Source: Thermoleophilia bacterium
Lineage (GTDB): Bacteria; Actinomycetota; Thermoleophilia; RBG-16-64-13
Length of the DNA stretch: 64,000 bases
Direction: 5' to 3'
Assembly: GCA_040770645.1 (NCBI GenBank)
Contig: JAXGIS010000004.1
Location: 37,600-101,599, forward strand
The notes beneath the pieces were generated by a model. The model saw nothing but the letters and a program-made list of their open reading frames with translations, was not told the DNA's origin and did no database searches. The position numbers were made by a program, and so were the translations under genes. Positions 27,229 through 38,627 of the stretch are shown piece after piece; the first letter of the stretch is position 1; each line of letters begins with the position of its first letter.

Positions 27229-27836
27229 AACTGGACCATACTCCGGCTACCCCATCAGGAGATACGGTCGGAGACACTGCTGGTTAAAAGGCCTCCTGGG
27301 CGTCAGCCGGTATAAGTCGAGCGCTGCCCAGGGAACCCAGGTGCTTCTCTAGGCACGCGGATACCATGCCACCGGATCGGATAGACACGGTTATTTCGTC
27401 TGATCACAATGCTGCGGTACTTTGAGACGGACCAACGATGCGATCGCGGCTATACTGGGAAAGCGAGCGACGATCACGGCTGGAAAGCCAATATGCGTAA
27501 GACGCTGCCTAGCGCCGCTAACCGATCGATCCTCGTCAGCATTCCGGAATATCTCGAGCCGGAGATGTCCCGAATGTCGCATAGTGTGGAGTGCCAGCCA
27601 GACACCTTCAGGAGACGACCTCAAGATCCCGCCAATGCATCCCAGACTTCCCCACTGTAGCCAATCCGTACGTGGCCGAACGGCTAACCACGGTGATTCA
27701 TCAAGACTCGGAGCGGAATTGGTCTCCGCCGTTGGCCCGCATCGCCTAGGATATTTGCGACCATCTGCTTGAAGCACGAAGAGAACGTACCAATAACCCG
27801 CCAGCAACAAACCGAAGCAACGAACACGAAGGAGGA

Positions 27837-29486
27837 ATGTCGATGTTTTGTTTCCAATGTCAGGAAACGGCCAAGAACACCGGGTGCACAGTACGTGGAG
27901 TGTGCGGCAAGCCGGAGGAGACGGCCGACCTGCAGGATCTCTTGATCTATGTCTGCAAGGGCATCTCCATTTACGGCGAGAAGTTGGCCCAAGAGGGCAC
28001 GGTGGACAGAGACGCCGGCCGGTTCGTGTGCGAAGCGCTGTTTACCACCATCACCAACGTGGCTTGGGATGACGATGTGATCATAGACCGCATCGAGCAG
28101 GCGTTGGCCGTGCGCGAAGCCGTCAAAGCCACGTTGTCCGCCTTGCCCGCCGACCTTCCGGACTGCGCTACCTGGACCCCTGCCTCGCGTGAGGAGATCG
28201 TACCCAAGGCGCTGTCTCCAGAAGTGCGCGTCACTGCCACGGCGGACGAAGACGTGCGCTCCCTGCGCGAGATGCTGATCATAGGCAGCAAGGGCATCGC
28301 CGCCTACGCCGAACACGCCGCAGTACTGGGCTACGAAAAAGACGAGATATACGCGTCGCTGTTCGCCGGTCTGGCCTCCACCACCCGCGACCTTACCGCC
28401 GACGAGATGGTGGACATGGTGATGAAGGCGGGAGAAACGGCCGTGACCACGATGGCCCTGCTGGACGAGGCCAACACCTCCACCTACGGCCAACCCGAGA
28501 TCACGCAGGTCAACATCGGCGTACGCGGCAACCCCGGCATCCTCATCTCCGGGCATGATCTCAAAGACATGGAAGAGCTGCTCAAGCAGACCGAGGGCAC
28601 CGGGGTGGATGTATACACCCACGGTGAAATGCTGCCGGCCAACTACTACCCGGCCTTCAAGAAGTACGAGCACTTCGTCGGCAACTACGGCAGTTCCTGG
28701 TGGCACCAGAACGAGGAGTTCGAGTCTTTCAACGGGCCCATACTGCTCACCACCAACTGCCTCGTACCCTTGAAGAAGGACAACACCTATCTGGACCGCC
28801 TCTTCACTACGGGCGTGGTCAACTACCCCGGAGCACAGCACGTGGCCGACCGCCCGGCCGGTGGAGCCAAGGACTTCAGCCCCCTGATCGAGCGTGCCAA
28901 AAGCTGCCCGCCGCCCACCGAACTCGAGACGGGCAGTATCGTGGGTGGTTTTGCCCACAATCAGGTGTTGGCACTGGCCGACAAGGTGATCGACGCCGTC
29001 AAGTCCGGCGCCATCAAGCGCTTCGTGGTCATGGCCGGCTGTGACGGCCGTCAGAAAACGCGCAACTACTTCACCGAAGTGGCCGAGCAGCTTCCGTCCG
29101 ACACCGTCATCCTCACCGCGGGCTGCGCCAAGTACCGCTACAACAAGCTGCCCCTGGGCGATATCGGCGGCATCCCCCGTGTGCTGGATGCCGGCCAGTG
29201 CAACGACTCCTACTCGCTGGCCGTGATCGCTCTGAAGCTCAAAGAGGCGTTTGGCCTCTCCGACATCAATGAGTTGCCGGTCTCCTACGACATCGCCTGG
29301 TATGAGCAGAAAGCGGTGGCCGTTCTTCTGGCTCTGCTCTACTTGGGCGTGAAGGGCATGAGACTGGGCCCCACCCTCCCCGGCTTCCTCTCGCCCAACG
29401 TAGCCAAGGTGCTGGTGGAGAAGTTCAACCTCAAGCCCATCGGCACGGTGGAGGAGGACATCGCCGCTATGATGGCGGGGAAGTAG
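27837..29486 (+). CDS. hcp: Hybrid-cluster protein (hydroxylamine reductase)
   Basis: [26 protein letters not shown]-terminal Cys cluster, 549 aa, intact. Confidence 0.9.
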   Translation: MSMFCFQCQETAKNTGCTVRGVCGKPEETADLQDLLIYVCKGISIYGEKLAQEGTVDRDAGRFVCEALFTTITNVAWDDDVIIDRIEQALAVREAVKATLSALPADLPDCATWTPASREEIVPKALSPEVRVTATADEDVRSLREMLIIGSKGIAAYAEHAAVLGYEKDEIYASLFAGLASTTRDLTADEMVDMVMKAGETAVTTMALLDEANTSTYGQPEITQVNIGVRGNPGILISGHDLKDMEELLKQTEGTGVDVYTHGEMLPANYYPAFKKYEHFVGNYGSSWWHQNEEFESFNGPILLTTNCLVPLKKDNTYLDRLFTTGVVNYPGAQHVADRPAGGAKDFSPLIERAKSCPPPTELETGSIVGGFAHNQVLALADKVIDAVKSGAIKRFVVMAGCDGRQKTRNYFTEVAEQLPSDTVILTAGCAKYRYNKLPLGDIGGIPRVLDAGQCNDSYSLAVIALKLKEAFGLSDINELPVSYDIAWYEQKAVAVLLALLYLGVKGMRLGPTLPGFLSPNVAKVLVEKFNLKPIGTVEEDIAAMMAGK

Positions 29487-29796
29487 AGACCAGAAGCACT
29501 ACGGGTGAGATGTTGAGGGGAGCCGGCATTACGCATCATTCCTCCGGCCCCCTCCACTCTCACCGGTCCCCTTCCCCAAGATCTCTGATCTGATGATTGA
29601 ACCACGCTCTTGACAGAACCGAACGCCCGGTCGGACAATACCAGTGGACCGGCGACCAGTCCGTTTCATGCCCCCTTGCCGTCCATGACCACACGGGCCG
29701 CAGGAGCTTTGGGCTTTGGAAGGAGGTGGCTCTCGGCACCCAACGGCGGGGGGTAGAGTGAGAATGTGTTCTACGAGCGAAGCACCGGAGGTGCAT

Positions 29797-31449
29797 ATGG
29801 CAATCAAGAAATGGGCAACTCCTACCGTTCTATTGGTTCTCCTGATCATGGTAGTTGCCGCAGTCGCCGGCTGTGGCGGCACCGCCACCACCACAACCGC
29901 CGGCGGTGAGACCACGACCACAGCCGCCTCTGGGGGCGAAACCACCACTACTGAAGCGCCTGCGGCCGGAGGCACGTTTACCATCGCCATCCAGCCTCAG
30001 TACAAGAGCTTCGACCCGGCCCGCGCCGGCGAGATCGACGGCATGATGGTCAACTTTGCCACTTACGACACCCTGGTCCGCGCCGAGAACGGCCAGATTA
30101 AGCCGTGGGTGGCCGAGTCTTGGACAACCGAGGCCGACAACAAAACCTATATCTTCAAGCTCCGCGATGACGTCACCTTCAACAGCGGCGCCAAGTTGAC
30201 GGCCGAGGACGTGGTCTTCTCCGTCCTCCGCCTCAAGAACGTGAAGGGCAGCCCCTCCTTCCATACCGACCCCATTGAGTCGATAGAGGCCGTGGATGAC
30301 ACCACCCTCAAAATCGTCCTCAAGGAAGTCGATGCCGGCTTCTTGGCCCGCATCTGCATGCCTACTTTCGCCATCACTGAAGCCAAGGTGGTGAAAGAAC
30401 ACGGCGGCACTGACGCCGAAGACGCCGACCAAACCGATCAGGCACAGGCTTGGCTCGACACCAACAGCGCCGGCTCCGGCCCCTACACGTTGACCGAGTA
30501 CGTCAACAAGCAGCAGGCCGTCCTGACCGCCAACAAGAACTACTGGGGCCCGGACAAGCCCGTATTCGACAAGATCGTTCTCAAGCAGATCGATGACGTC
30601 AACACCCAGAAGCTGCTCCTGCAGAAAGGTGAAGTGGACTTCGCCATCAACCTGACGGCCGAGCAGGCCAAGGAACTCAAGGCCGACGCCAACGTCGCGC
30701 TCCACTTCTCCCCCACCCTGGACTTCTTCCACATCGTCCAGAACCGCAGTATCGAAGGCCCGGCATCCAAGCCTGAGGTATGGCAGGCCGTGCGATTCGC
30801 TCTCGATTACGAGGGTATCCGTGAACTGTGCGGCGAGGGGACGAAGACCCCCTACTCTGTGATCCCTGAAGGCATGCTGGGTGCTGAGCCGGTCAACACC
30901 GCCAAGCAGGACGTGGAGAAGGCCAAGCAGATCATGGCCGACGCCGGCCTGGCGGACGGCTTCACCGTGGATCTCGAGTACCCGGCTCTGACCATCAGCG
31001 GCATCGAGTTCGCCCTGATCGCTCAGAAGGTTCAGCAAGACTTGGCCGCTATCGGCATCACCGTGGACCTGAAGGGCCAGGAGATCGGACTGTTCCTGGA
31101 CCGCATGCGCAGCGCCAAGATGCCTGTGGCCATCTCCATGTGGGGCCCGGACTACCCGGATCCGCAGAGCCAGATGGCGTTCCTGCCCGGTGGCCCGCCC
31201 GCCAAGAACTACGGCGGCTGGCAGGCCGGTGCCGACCCCGAGCTTGAGGCTCTGGGTGCAGAGCAGGCCAAGGAACTGGATGTGACCAAGCGGGTGGCAC
31301 TCCTCAAGCAAATCCAGGACATCCTGGTGGAGAGGGGTCCGTACGTGGTTTGGGCACAGCCCACCAGGTACTACGGTTCCACACCTTCCGTCTCAGGCGT
31401 CAAGCCCGATCCGGTCTTCATGTTGGACCTGAACGCGCTGAGGAAGTAA
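29797..31449 (+). CDS. Peptide/nickel ABC transporter substrate-binding lipoprotein (family 5)
   Basis: MAIKKWATPTVLLVLLIMVVAAVAGCGG lipobox. The ~550-aa body is typical of the DppA/OppA family. The ORF-track start at 29716 is probably too early. Confidence 0.8.
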   Translation: MAIKKWATPTVLLVLLIMVVAAVAGCGGTATTTTAGGETTTTAASGGETTTTEAPAAGGTFTIAIQPQYKSFDPARAGEIDGMMVNFATYDTLVRAENGQIKPWVAESWTTEADNKTYIFKLRDDVTFNSGAKLTAEDVVFSVLRLKNVKGSPSFHTDPIESIEAVDDTTLKIVLKEVDAGFLARICMPTFAITEAKVVKEHGGTDAEDADQTDQAQAWLDTNSAGSGPYTLTEYVNKQQAVLTANKNYWGPDKPVFDKIVLKQIDDVNTQKLLLQKGEVDFAINLTAEQAKELKADANVALHFSPTLDFFHIVQNRSIEGPASKPEVWQAVRFALDYEGIRELCGEGTKTPYSVIPEGMLGAEPVNTAKQDVEKAKQIMADAGLADGFTVDLEYPALTISGIEFALIAQKVQQDLAAIGITVDLKGQEIGLFLDRMRSAKMPVAISMWGPDYPDPQSQMAFLPGGPPAKNYGGWQAGADPELEALGAEQAKELDVTKRVALLKQIQDILVERGPYVVWAQPTRYYGSTPSVSGVKPDPVFMLDLNALRK

Positions 31450-31513
31450 CGGCACGCGTTGTTGTCATGGCAACGGGGCGGCGGTCACGCCGCCCCGTTG
31501 CCATGCATGATCT

Positions 31514-32539
31514 TTGGGAGAACTCGTGATCAAGTACATCATCCGACGGTTACTCGCCATCGTACTCATCATGTTTGGCGTGACCATCATCATGTTCTTG
31601 GTGACGCACTTGGTGCCCGCAGACCCCACAGTGAGGTACCTGGGCGAAAAGGCGGCCTCCAATCCCACTATCGTGGCCGCATTCAGGGCCCGCTGGGGAC
31701 TGGACCAACCGTTGCACACACAGTACTTCGTCTACATGCAGAACTTGCTTCAAGGAGACATGGGCGTCTCCCTTACTACGCGACAGAATGTGGCCCGCGA
31801 CCTGATGGTCTACTTCCCGGCCACCATCGAGCTGGCCGGAGCGGCCATCCTCATCAGTGCCATCGTGGGAGGTCTCACCGGTATCACCGCCGCCTGGTGG
31901 CGCGGCAAGTGGTTCGACAACGTCGCCCGGGCCGGCAGCCTGCTGGGCGTGTCCGTCCCTGGATTCTGGCTCGGCCTCATCGTTCTTTACATCTTCTATT
32001 TCCGCCTGGGGTGGTTCCCGGGACCGGGGCAACTCAGCGCTAACTTGGATGTGCCGGCACGCGTCACCGGGTTCATGACCATAGACTGCCTGGTGGCCAA
32101 ACGCTGGGATCTATTCCTCAATGCCTTGTGGCATCTGGTGTTGCCGGCCTCTGTACTGGCGTCATTCTCAGCGGGGCTGATCGCACGTACCAGCCGCTCC
32201 TCATTGCTCGAAGTGATGCAGCAGGACTACATACGCACGGCAAAGGCCAAAGGGCTTGCCACCAGCACCCTGCTGTACAAACACGTCCTGCGCAACGGGC
32301 TCATCCCCACTGTGACGCTTCTGGGTCTGGCCTTCGGCAGCATGTTGGGCGGCACGGTGTTTGTGGAGACCATCTTCGCGTGGCCCGGTCTCGGGCGATA
32401 CGCCTATCTGGCCAGCACAGGGCTGGATTTCCCCGCCATCACCGGAGTCACGCTTCTTTTCACGTTCACCTACGCCATTGTCAACCTGTTGGTTGACCTC
32501 ACGTACGCAGCCCTCGACCCGAGGGTGGTGTACAAATGA
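31514..32539 (+). CDS. Peptide ABC transporter permease (DppB/OppB-like)
   Basis: IKYIIRRLLAIVLIMFGVTIIMFLVTHLVPADP N-terminus and DYIRTAKAKGL EAA loop. An alternative GTG start lies at 31526. Confidence 0.85.
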   Translation: MGELVIKYIIRRLLAIVLIMFGVTIIMFLVTHLVPADPTVRYLGEKAASNPTIVAAFRARWGLDQPLHTQYFVYMQNLLQGDMGVSLTTRQNVARDLMVYFPATIELAGAAILISAIVGGLTGITAAWWRGKWFDNVARAGSLLGVSVPGFWLGLIVLYIFYFRLGWFPGPGQLSANLDVPARVTGFMTIDCLVAKRWDLFLNALWHLVLPASVLASFSAGLIARTSRSSLLEVMQQDYIRTAKAKGLATSTLLYKHVLRNGLIPTVTLLGLAFGSMLGGTVFVETIFAWPGLGRYAYLASTGLDFPAITGVTLLFTFTYAIVNLLVDLTYAALDPRVVYK

Positions 32540-33381
32540 AAAAGGCGAGACTCTGGCTGTCGCGCATCTGGAGCGCCAGCCCACTGGCCGTTGTGGGCAT
32601 GATCATCCTCCTGGCCTGGCTCTTCGTGATGATCTTCGCGAAGCAAATCGCCATCAATGACGGCATAGTCCAGGATCTTGTGCAACGCTTCAAGCCGCCG
32701 AGTTGGCAGCACCCCTTCGGCACGGACGGCCTTGGCCGCGACATCCTCAGTCGGGTGGTATTCGGATCGCACATCTCCATCCCCGTTGCGTTCATGGTGG
32801 TAGGGGTATCGTTGCTCCTGGGTGGCCTCGTGGGCTTGGTGGCCGGTTACTTCGGCAAAGCGGTGGACGAGATCCTCATGCGCATCTGCGACCTGGTGCT
32901 GTCCTTCCCCGGCATCATCTTGGCGTTGGCCATCGCCGCCGCGCTGGGCCCCAGCCTCACCCACTCCCTCATCGCGGTGGTGGCGGTCTCCTGGCCCATC
33001 TACGCCCGCTTGATGCGCAGCCTGGTCATCTCCATGCGCTCCAGTGAGTACGTGGATGCGGTGGTGGCTCAAGGCGCACGTGTGCCGCGCATCCTTATGG
33101 GCACCGTGATCCCCAACACCATCTCCGCCGTCTTCATCATGGCCACGCTGGATCTGGGCAACGCCATGCTCACCTTTGCCGGCCTGAGTTTCCTCGGATT
33201 GGGTCAAGCACCACCCACGCCCGAGTGGGGCGCCATGGTATCGGTGGGCGCGCAGGACTTCACCAAATGGTGGGTCGCCCTCTTCCCGGGGTTGGCGATT
33301 GTGTCTTTTGCCCTTGCCTGGAACTTCATCGGCGACGCTTTGCGAGACCTTATGGATCCCAGTCTGCGCCGCCTGCTCTGA
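32536..33381 (+). CDS. Peptide ABC transporter permease (DppC/OppC-like)
   Basis: HPFGTDGLGRDILSRVVFG and EYVDAVVAQGA motifs. 4-nt overlap with the upstream permease. Confidence 0.85.
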   Translation: MKKARLWLSRIWSASPLAVVGMIILLAWLFVMIFAKQIAINDGIVQDLVQRFKPPSWQHPFGTDGLGRDILSRVVFGSHISIPVAFMVVGVSLLLGGLVGLVAGYFGKAVDEILMRICDLVLSFPGIILALAIAAALGPSLTHSLIAVVAVSWPIYARLMRSLVISMRSSEYVDAVVAQGARVPRILMGTVIPNTISAVFIMATLDLGNAMLTFAGLSFLGLGQAPPTPEWGAMVSVGAQDFTKWWVALFPGLAIVSFALAWNFIGDALRDLMDPSLRRLL

Positions 33382-33415
33382 CAACTGCAGGAAAGAGGCC
33401 ATCGGGAGAGAGCAC

Positions 33416-34603
33416 GTGGATAGACCCAAGAAGTACGCAGCCCGTATCCAGAACCTGCGTGATGCGATGCAGGATCACGGCGTAGATGCGGTATTCCTGG
33501 CACCCTCCGGTGACATGGAGTATGTCACCGGACTACGGCGGCGACCGCCGGATCCTGTGGAGACCTCGTTCCAGGGCGATGACCTGCTGGGCATTATGGT
33601 CACACGTGACCGGGTCATCACCTTCCTCCCCGCTTCCTCGGCCATACACGGCGTGGAGGGGCTTCTACAGAACTGCCCTTGGCTGACCGAGGACATCTTC
33701 CGGCTTCCCAGGGGCGTGGACCACGCCGCCGAGGGCTACGCCGTATTCGGCAACCTGGGACTGGCAAACGCCACGGTGGCCTTTCCGCGCTTCGCCCAGG
33801 CTATGACCGTGATCAACCTATCGCACCACTACCCGCACATGCGCTTCGTCAACACCGATGCGTTTATGAACCCACTGCGGGCCATGCGTGACCCTGATGA
33901 CCTTGAACTCATACAAGAGGCTTGTCGTATCACCGACGCGGTGTTCCGGGAAGTTGTGAGCTGGATGCGCCGAGGCGTGGAGGTGAAGGACGTCATCCGC
34001 GAGATCGACGCCCAGATGATCAAACAGGGCGCTGAGGGGCCCTCGTTCAACACCATGCTGCTCTTCGGTGGACCGGGTACCGGGCGCCAAGACGCGCCGA
34101 GACCGTCGTTTGCCGGTCCCGGGAGCTTCAACGCCGTGCTGACCCCCGGAAGCGTACTCGCTTTCGATTTTGGAGTGGTCTACGAAGGGTGGTGCTCCGA
34201 CTTCGGACGCACCGTGTACATCGGCGAGCCTTCAGCGGACATGTTGCGTGACCACCAACTCGTGGCTGACGCCCAGCAGGCGGCCCTGGATGTGATGAAG
34301 GGCGGCGAGGCCACGGGGGCGCAGGCCGACGCCGCCGCCCGCCGGGTGTTCGAGGACGCCGGGCGCGGTGATGAGTTCATTCACGGCCTGGGGCACGGCG
34401 TGGGTGTGAACGTTCACGAACCCCCGGGCTTGAGCAAGGGAGACGACACCGTCCTCCAGAACGGTATGACCCTGGCCGTGGAGCCCAGCCTGTGGGTCAA
34501 CCATGAGTACTTCGTGCGGGTGGAAGACGTGGTGGTGGTGACGCCCGAGGGCGCCCGGAGTCTCCACAGCGTGCCCACCCGTGACATTCTTGTTATCGAA
34601 TAG
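33416..34603 (+). CDS. M24-family Xaa-Pro peptidase (paralog 1)
   Basis: GTG at 33416 after GGGAGAG. Creatinase-like N-domain, then metal ligands in FDFGVVYEGWCSDFGRT, HGLGHGVGVNVHEPP, LAVEPSLW and VRVEDVVVVT. Confidence 0.8.
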   Translation: MDRPKKYAARIQNLRDAMQDHGVDAVFLAPSGDMEYVTGLRRRPPDPVETSFQGDDLLGIMVTRDRVITFLPASSAIHGVEGLLQNCPWLTEDIFRLPRGVDHAAEGYAVFGNLGLANATVAFPRFAQAMTVINLSHHYPHMRFVNTDAFMNPLRAMRDPDDLELIQEACRITDAVFREVVSWMRRGVEVKDVIREIDAQMIKQGAEGPSFNTMLLFGGPGTGRQDAPRPSFAGPGSFNAVLTPGSVLAFDFGVVYEGWCSDFGRTVYIGEPSADMLRDHQLVADAQQAALDVMKGGEATGAQADAAARRVFEDAGRGDEFIHGLGHGVGVNVHEPPGLSKGDDTVLQNGMTLAVEPSLWVNHEYFVRVEDVVVVTPEGARSLHSVPTRDILVIE

Positions 34604-34620
34604 ATTCGGAGGCCACACCG

Positions 34621-35805
34621 GTGAACCGCTACGAGAAACGAATCCAACAGCTACGGGAAGCCATGGCGGCGGCCGGCGTAGACGCCGCGTTGCTCACCCC
34701 GTCGGGCGACACGGAGTTCGTCACCGGCCTCAGGCGGCCACGGCGGGAATCGGTGGAAATGCACACCTTTGGTGACTACCTGCATGGTGTTCTCATCACG
34801 CCTGACCACATCGTTACCATCGTGCCGTATCTGACCCATCTCTCGGTGGACCCTCAACTTTCCCGGCTGCCCTGGCTGGGTGACGACGTTATCCACCTGC
34901 CTGATGGCGACGAGAACCCCGCCGTGGGCTTTCGTCCCTTCGATGAGTTGGTCCGCGCTGCAGCCGGCGGGGGAAGAAGCCATTTCACCCTGGCGCTCCC
35001 CAAGTTCGCCCTGGCCATGACGGCCATCAGGCTGAGTGAACGCTACCCGGAGATGCGATTCACCTGCACCGAAGACCTGGTATCTCCCTTGCGTATGGTC
35101 AAGGATCCGGAAGACCTGGAAGCTATGCGGGTGGCGGCGCGGATGGCCGATGACGCCTTCCGGAATGTGGTGGACAAGCTCCACCCCGGCATTCACGAAG
35201 CCGACGTCTATCATGAACTCGACTGGCAAATGCGACTCTTGGGCGCCGACGGTAATTCCTTCAGCACTGACCTTCTCACCGGCCGCCCCGGGCGACAGGG
35301 TGGTTTCGGCGCTCCGGCGGACACGCCCCTTGGTAACCAACTGACGGCCGGTTGGGTGCTCGCTTTCGATTTCGGCTTCATCGCCAACGGCTGGTGCTCG
35401 GACTTCGGACGCACAGTGTACTTCGGAGAGCCCACGGAGGAGATGCGCCGCGCCCACTACCTGGTCATGGAGGCGCAGCGCTTGGGTATGGAAGCAATGG
35501 TGGGCGGCCGGGTCACCGCCGCCCAAGTCGACGCCGCCGCCCGCAGCTTCTTGGTTGAGGCCAACCGCGGCCACGAGTTCATCCATCGCCTTGGGCACAG
35601 CATTGGAGTAGATGTACACGAACATCCTTTCCTGTGTGGCACGGACAACACTGTGCTCCAGAACGGAATGACTTTCACCGTGGAGCCCAGCCTGTGGGTC
35701 AACCGGGAGTACTTCGTGCGGGTGGAGGACGTGGTGGTGGTGACGCCCGAGGGCGGAGTGTCCCTCAACGTAACGCCCACTTTTGACATGATTGTGATCG
35801 AGTAG
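34621..35805 (+). CDS. M24-family Xaa-Pro peptidase (paralog 2)
   Basis: Same architecture and motifs as paralog 1 (FDFGFIANGWCSDFGRT, HRLGHSIGVDVHEHP, FTVEPSLW, VRVEDVVVVT). Confidence 0.8.
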   Translation: MNRYEKRIQQLREAMAAAGVDAALLTPSGDTEFVTGLRRPRRESVEMHTFGDYLHGVLITPDHIVTIVPYLTHLSVDPQLSRLPWLGDDVIHLPDGDENPAVGFRPFDELVRAAAGGGRSHFTLALPKFALAMTAIRLSERYPEMRFTCTEDLVSPLRMVKDPEDLEAMRVAARMADDAFRNVVDKLHPGIHEADVYHELDWQMRLLGADGNSFSTDLLTGRPGRQGGFGAPADTPLGNQLTAGWVLAFDFGFIANGWCSDFGRTVYFGEPTEEMRRAHYLVMEAQRLGMEAMVGGRVTAAQVDAAARSFLVEANRGHEFIHRLGHSIGVDVHEHPFLCGTDNTVLQNGMTFTVEPSLWVNREYFVRVEDVVVVTPEGGVSLNVTPTFDMIVIE

Positions 35806-35841
35806 AGGCTGCAGACCGATGCAGTATGGGGAGGATACCCA

Positions 35842-36837
35842 GTGCCGGCTCAACTAGAGATCAAGGATCTCCGCACGCACTTCTTCACCCGTGAGGGTGT
35901 TGTCAAAGCGGTGGACGGCGTCAGCTATTACCTAAACCAGGGCGAGACCCTGGGGTTGGTGGGTGAGAGCGGTTGCGGCAAGAGCGTAAGTGCGCTTTCC
36001 ATCATGCGCCTGATTCCCGACCCGCCGGGACGCATAGTGGGCGGCAGCATCATGTTCGAGAACAAGGATCTCACAGCCATGCCGGAGAAGGAGCTGCGCA
36101 AGATCCGCGGCAACGCCATCTCCATGATCTTCCAAGACCCCATGACCTCGCTCAACCCTGTTTTGCGGATCGGCGAGCAGATGACGGAGAGCATTGAGCT
36201 GCACCTGAAGCTGGACCGCAAGGCCGCCGTGGAGCGCGCGGTGGAGTTGGTCGACGCCGTGGGGATACCCGACGGGCGTCATCGCCTGCGCGATTATCCA
36301 CACCAGTTCTCGGGGGGCATGCGCCAGCGCATCATGATCGCCATGGCTTTGAGCTGCAATCCACGCCTACTCATCGCCGACGAGCCCACCACGGCGCTGG
36401 ATGTGACCATCCAGGCCCAGATCCTGGACCTGTTGCGCCGTCTGCAGGCCAAGATCGGTATGTCTATCCTCCTCATCACTCACGACTTGGGCGTAGTGGC
36501 CGGCACAGCCAAGCGCGTGGCCGTCATGTACGCCGGCAAAATCGTTGAGCAGGCACCCACCAAAGAGCTATTCGCCCACCCGAGGCACCCATACACTCTG
36601 GCCCTCCTCCACTCCATACCGCGTTTGGACGGCCGGGCGCATACCCGGTTATCCAGCATCCCCGGCGCGCCTCCCGACCTGGTGGACCCAGAGCCGGGGT
36701 GCCGCTTTGCCCAGCGCTGCACGCGGGTGACCGAGGAGTGCCGACAACAAGAACCACCTCTCGTACCTCTCGGCCGCGAAGACCACCTGGTCGCGTGTTA
36801 CCGGCCCATCGTCCGTGAGGAGCACGCAAATGTCTGA
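35842..36837 (+). CDS. Peptide ABC transporter ATP-binding protein (DppD/OppD-like)
   Basis: Walker A GESGCGKS, signature FSGGMRQR, Walker [14 protein letters not shown]-terminal oligopeptide-transporter extension. Confidence 0.9.
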   Translation: MPAQLEIKDLRTHFFTREGVVKAVDGVSYYLNQGETLGLVGESGCGKSVSALSIMRLIPDPPGRIVGGSIMFENKDLTAMPEKELRKIRGNAISMIFQDPMTSLNPVLRIGEQMTESIELHLKLDRKAAVERAVELVDAVGIPDGRHRLRDYPHQFSGGMRQRIMIAMALSCNPRLLIADEPTTALDVTIQAQILDLLRRLQAKIGMSILLITHDLGVVAGTAKRVAVMYAGKIVEQAPTKELFAHPRHPYTLALLHSIPRLDGRAHTRLSSIPGAPPDLVDPEPGCRFAQRCTRVTEECRQQEPPLVPLGREDHLVACYRPIVREEHANV

Positions 36838-37888
36838 CGCGCTCTCAACCGAAACCCTCTCAACTCAGACTCAAGTATCCACAGATACCAACGGGGTCCA
36901 TCAACCGGCAAGCGGGCGAGAGCCGTTGCTGCGCGTACAGCTTCTCGTCAAGCGCTTCCCCATCACCACGGGCATCATCTTCCAGAAAACCATCGGCCAT
37001 GTGCACGCTGTGGAGGATGTCTCTTTTGACGTTCACCCAGGCGAGACACTCGGATTGGTGGGAGAGTCGGGTTGCGGCAAGACCACAGTGGGCCGATGCA
37101 TCCTGCAACTGCACCGTGCCACTTCGGGCAGCATAACCCTGGAGGGCGTGGAGCTGACCAAGCTCAAAGGTGAGCGCCTGCGGGCCATGCGGCGAGATAT
37201 GCAGATCGTGTTTCAAGACCCCTATGCCTCTCTCAACCCGCGGAAGACGGTGGAGCGAATCGTTGCCGAGCCTCTGACTATTCACGGCATTGGAAAGCGC
37301 GGTGCCGAGCGCAAGGCACGGGTGCGGCAGTTGCTGGACGTGGTGGGTCTGGGTGCGCAGTTCTCCCGTCGTTATCCTCGCGAGCTCTCCGGTGGGCAAC
37401 GCCAGGCGTGGGCTTGGCCCGATCTCTCGCCCTCAACCCAAGCTTATAATTGCGACGAGCCGGTGTCGGCACTCGATGTCTCCATCCAAGCCCAGATTCT
37501 CAACCTGCTGGAGGAGTTGCAGGAGGAGTTCGGGCTCACCTACATCTTCATCGCGCACGACCTCTCGGTAGTCAAACACGTCTCCGACCGGGTGGCGGTC
37601 ATGTACTTGGGACACATCGTGGAGTTGGCCGGCTCTGAGGAGATATTCCTCAACCCCACTCACCCGTATACCTTCGCCCTCATGTCGGCCATCCCCATCC
37701 CCGACCCGGCTGTGGAGGAGACACGTACGCGCCAGGTACTGGAGGGCGCGTGCCCAGCCCCGCTTCACCTCCATCGGGCTGCCCCTTCCACCCGCGCTGC
37801 CCGCGGGCGCAGCGCCATATGCAAACAAGAGATGCCCGAACTGCTCGATCGAGGCGGCGGTCACGCCTGTGCCTGCTACTTCCCCTGA
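36830..37888 (+). CDS. Peptide ABC transporter ATP-binding protein (DppF/OppF-like), several compensating indels
   Basis: Walker [10 protein letters not shown]. The signature LSGGQRQ is followed by ~60 nt in which the expected [20 protein letters not shown] is spread over three frames. A second out-of-frame patch near 37745-37810 restores [11 protein letters not shown]. Confidence 0.75.
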   Translation: MSDALSTETLSTQTQVSTDTNGVHQPASGREPLLRVQLLVKRFPITTGIIFQKTIGHVHAVEDVSFDVHPGETLGLVGESGCGKTTVGRCILQLHRATSGSITLEGVELTKLKGERLRAMRRDMQIVFQDPYASLNPRKTVERIVAEPLTIHGIGKRGAERKARVRQLLDVVGLGAQFSRRYPRELSGGQRQAWAWPDLSPSTQAYNCDEPVSALDVSIQAQILNLLEELQEEFGLTYIFIAHDLSVVKHVSDRVAVMYLGHIVELAGSEEIFLNPTHPYTFALMSAIPIPDPAVEETRTRQVLEGACPAPLHLHRAAPSTRAARGRSAICKQEMPELLDRGGGHACACYFP

Positions 37889-38050
37889 ACGGTTGAGACC
37901 CAGCCATATCGGGGTGACCCCGGCCCATGATAGGGTCCGATCCCGCTGCCGTGGCCGCAATGCCCGGTCTCGGGTATCTGCCCATACTCGCTCGTGATCG
38001 CAGCGGTGACCGCCCGTTGCCGCATGGATCACCCACGACGCGCCGGTGAA

Positions 38051-38627
38051 CTACCGCGCCTCCTCAGCCAAATCCACCACCTCACCAAATGACTGCACTA
38101 CGCGGAACCTGCCCCGCCCCCGAGAGCGGCGAGTTCCTCGCGCCCGTCCCGGTTCCAGGGTCTGTCCACAAGCACACCCACACCTCGCTGCGCAGCCAAG
38201 AGACGACGGATGTTCCCCGTGTAATCGTCGACCAGAAAGTCGAGATTCAGGCCCCCTTGTCGACGTCCAATCCACAGACCACCTCGTGAAACGCAAACCG
38301 GTGCCGCTTGAGCCAGGCCACTGTGATGTCGCGCGCCGCCTGCGGGCGCGCCGTCACGATGACTACTCGACCCAAACCTACCAGCTTGCTCATGACACCC
38401 ACCGCATCGGGATACGGCGGGATGCCGGCCACCCACTCCAAGTCCTCCATGGCGGCGACAAACTCGGCGCTGATGTTGGAAGCGCCCAGGGGTAGCTGCC
38501 ACTGCGTGGCCTCCTCCCAACGTAACGCGATGCCGTGTCTCTCCTGCAGGCGTGGTATCAGTGCCGTGAGGTGATCGGCCAGAATGCCGTCCACGTCTAC
38601 GCCTATGCGCAGTGGGCCCGCCTTCAC
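38051..38627 (-). pseudogene. HAD-like 5'(3')-deoxyribonucleotidase-family protein, frame-disrupted
   Basis: LRIGVDVDGILAD (DxD nucleophile motif)...VVIVTARP... then another frame gives LDFLVDDYTGNI...GVLVDRPWN. Confidence 0.55.

Noticed and set aside
27684-28958. 424-aa minus-strand ORF opposite hcp. Similar long antisense ORFs include 29830-31311, 34651-35853, 48337-50034, 58000-59856, 8627-9472, 24962-26098, 60071-60940 and 19333-20487.
   Set aside because: These are typical stop-codon-poor shadow ORFs of GC-rich DNA. They are Arg/Gly/His/Ala-rich with low complexity and no family motifs. Each overlaps a strongly supported gene on the other strand.
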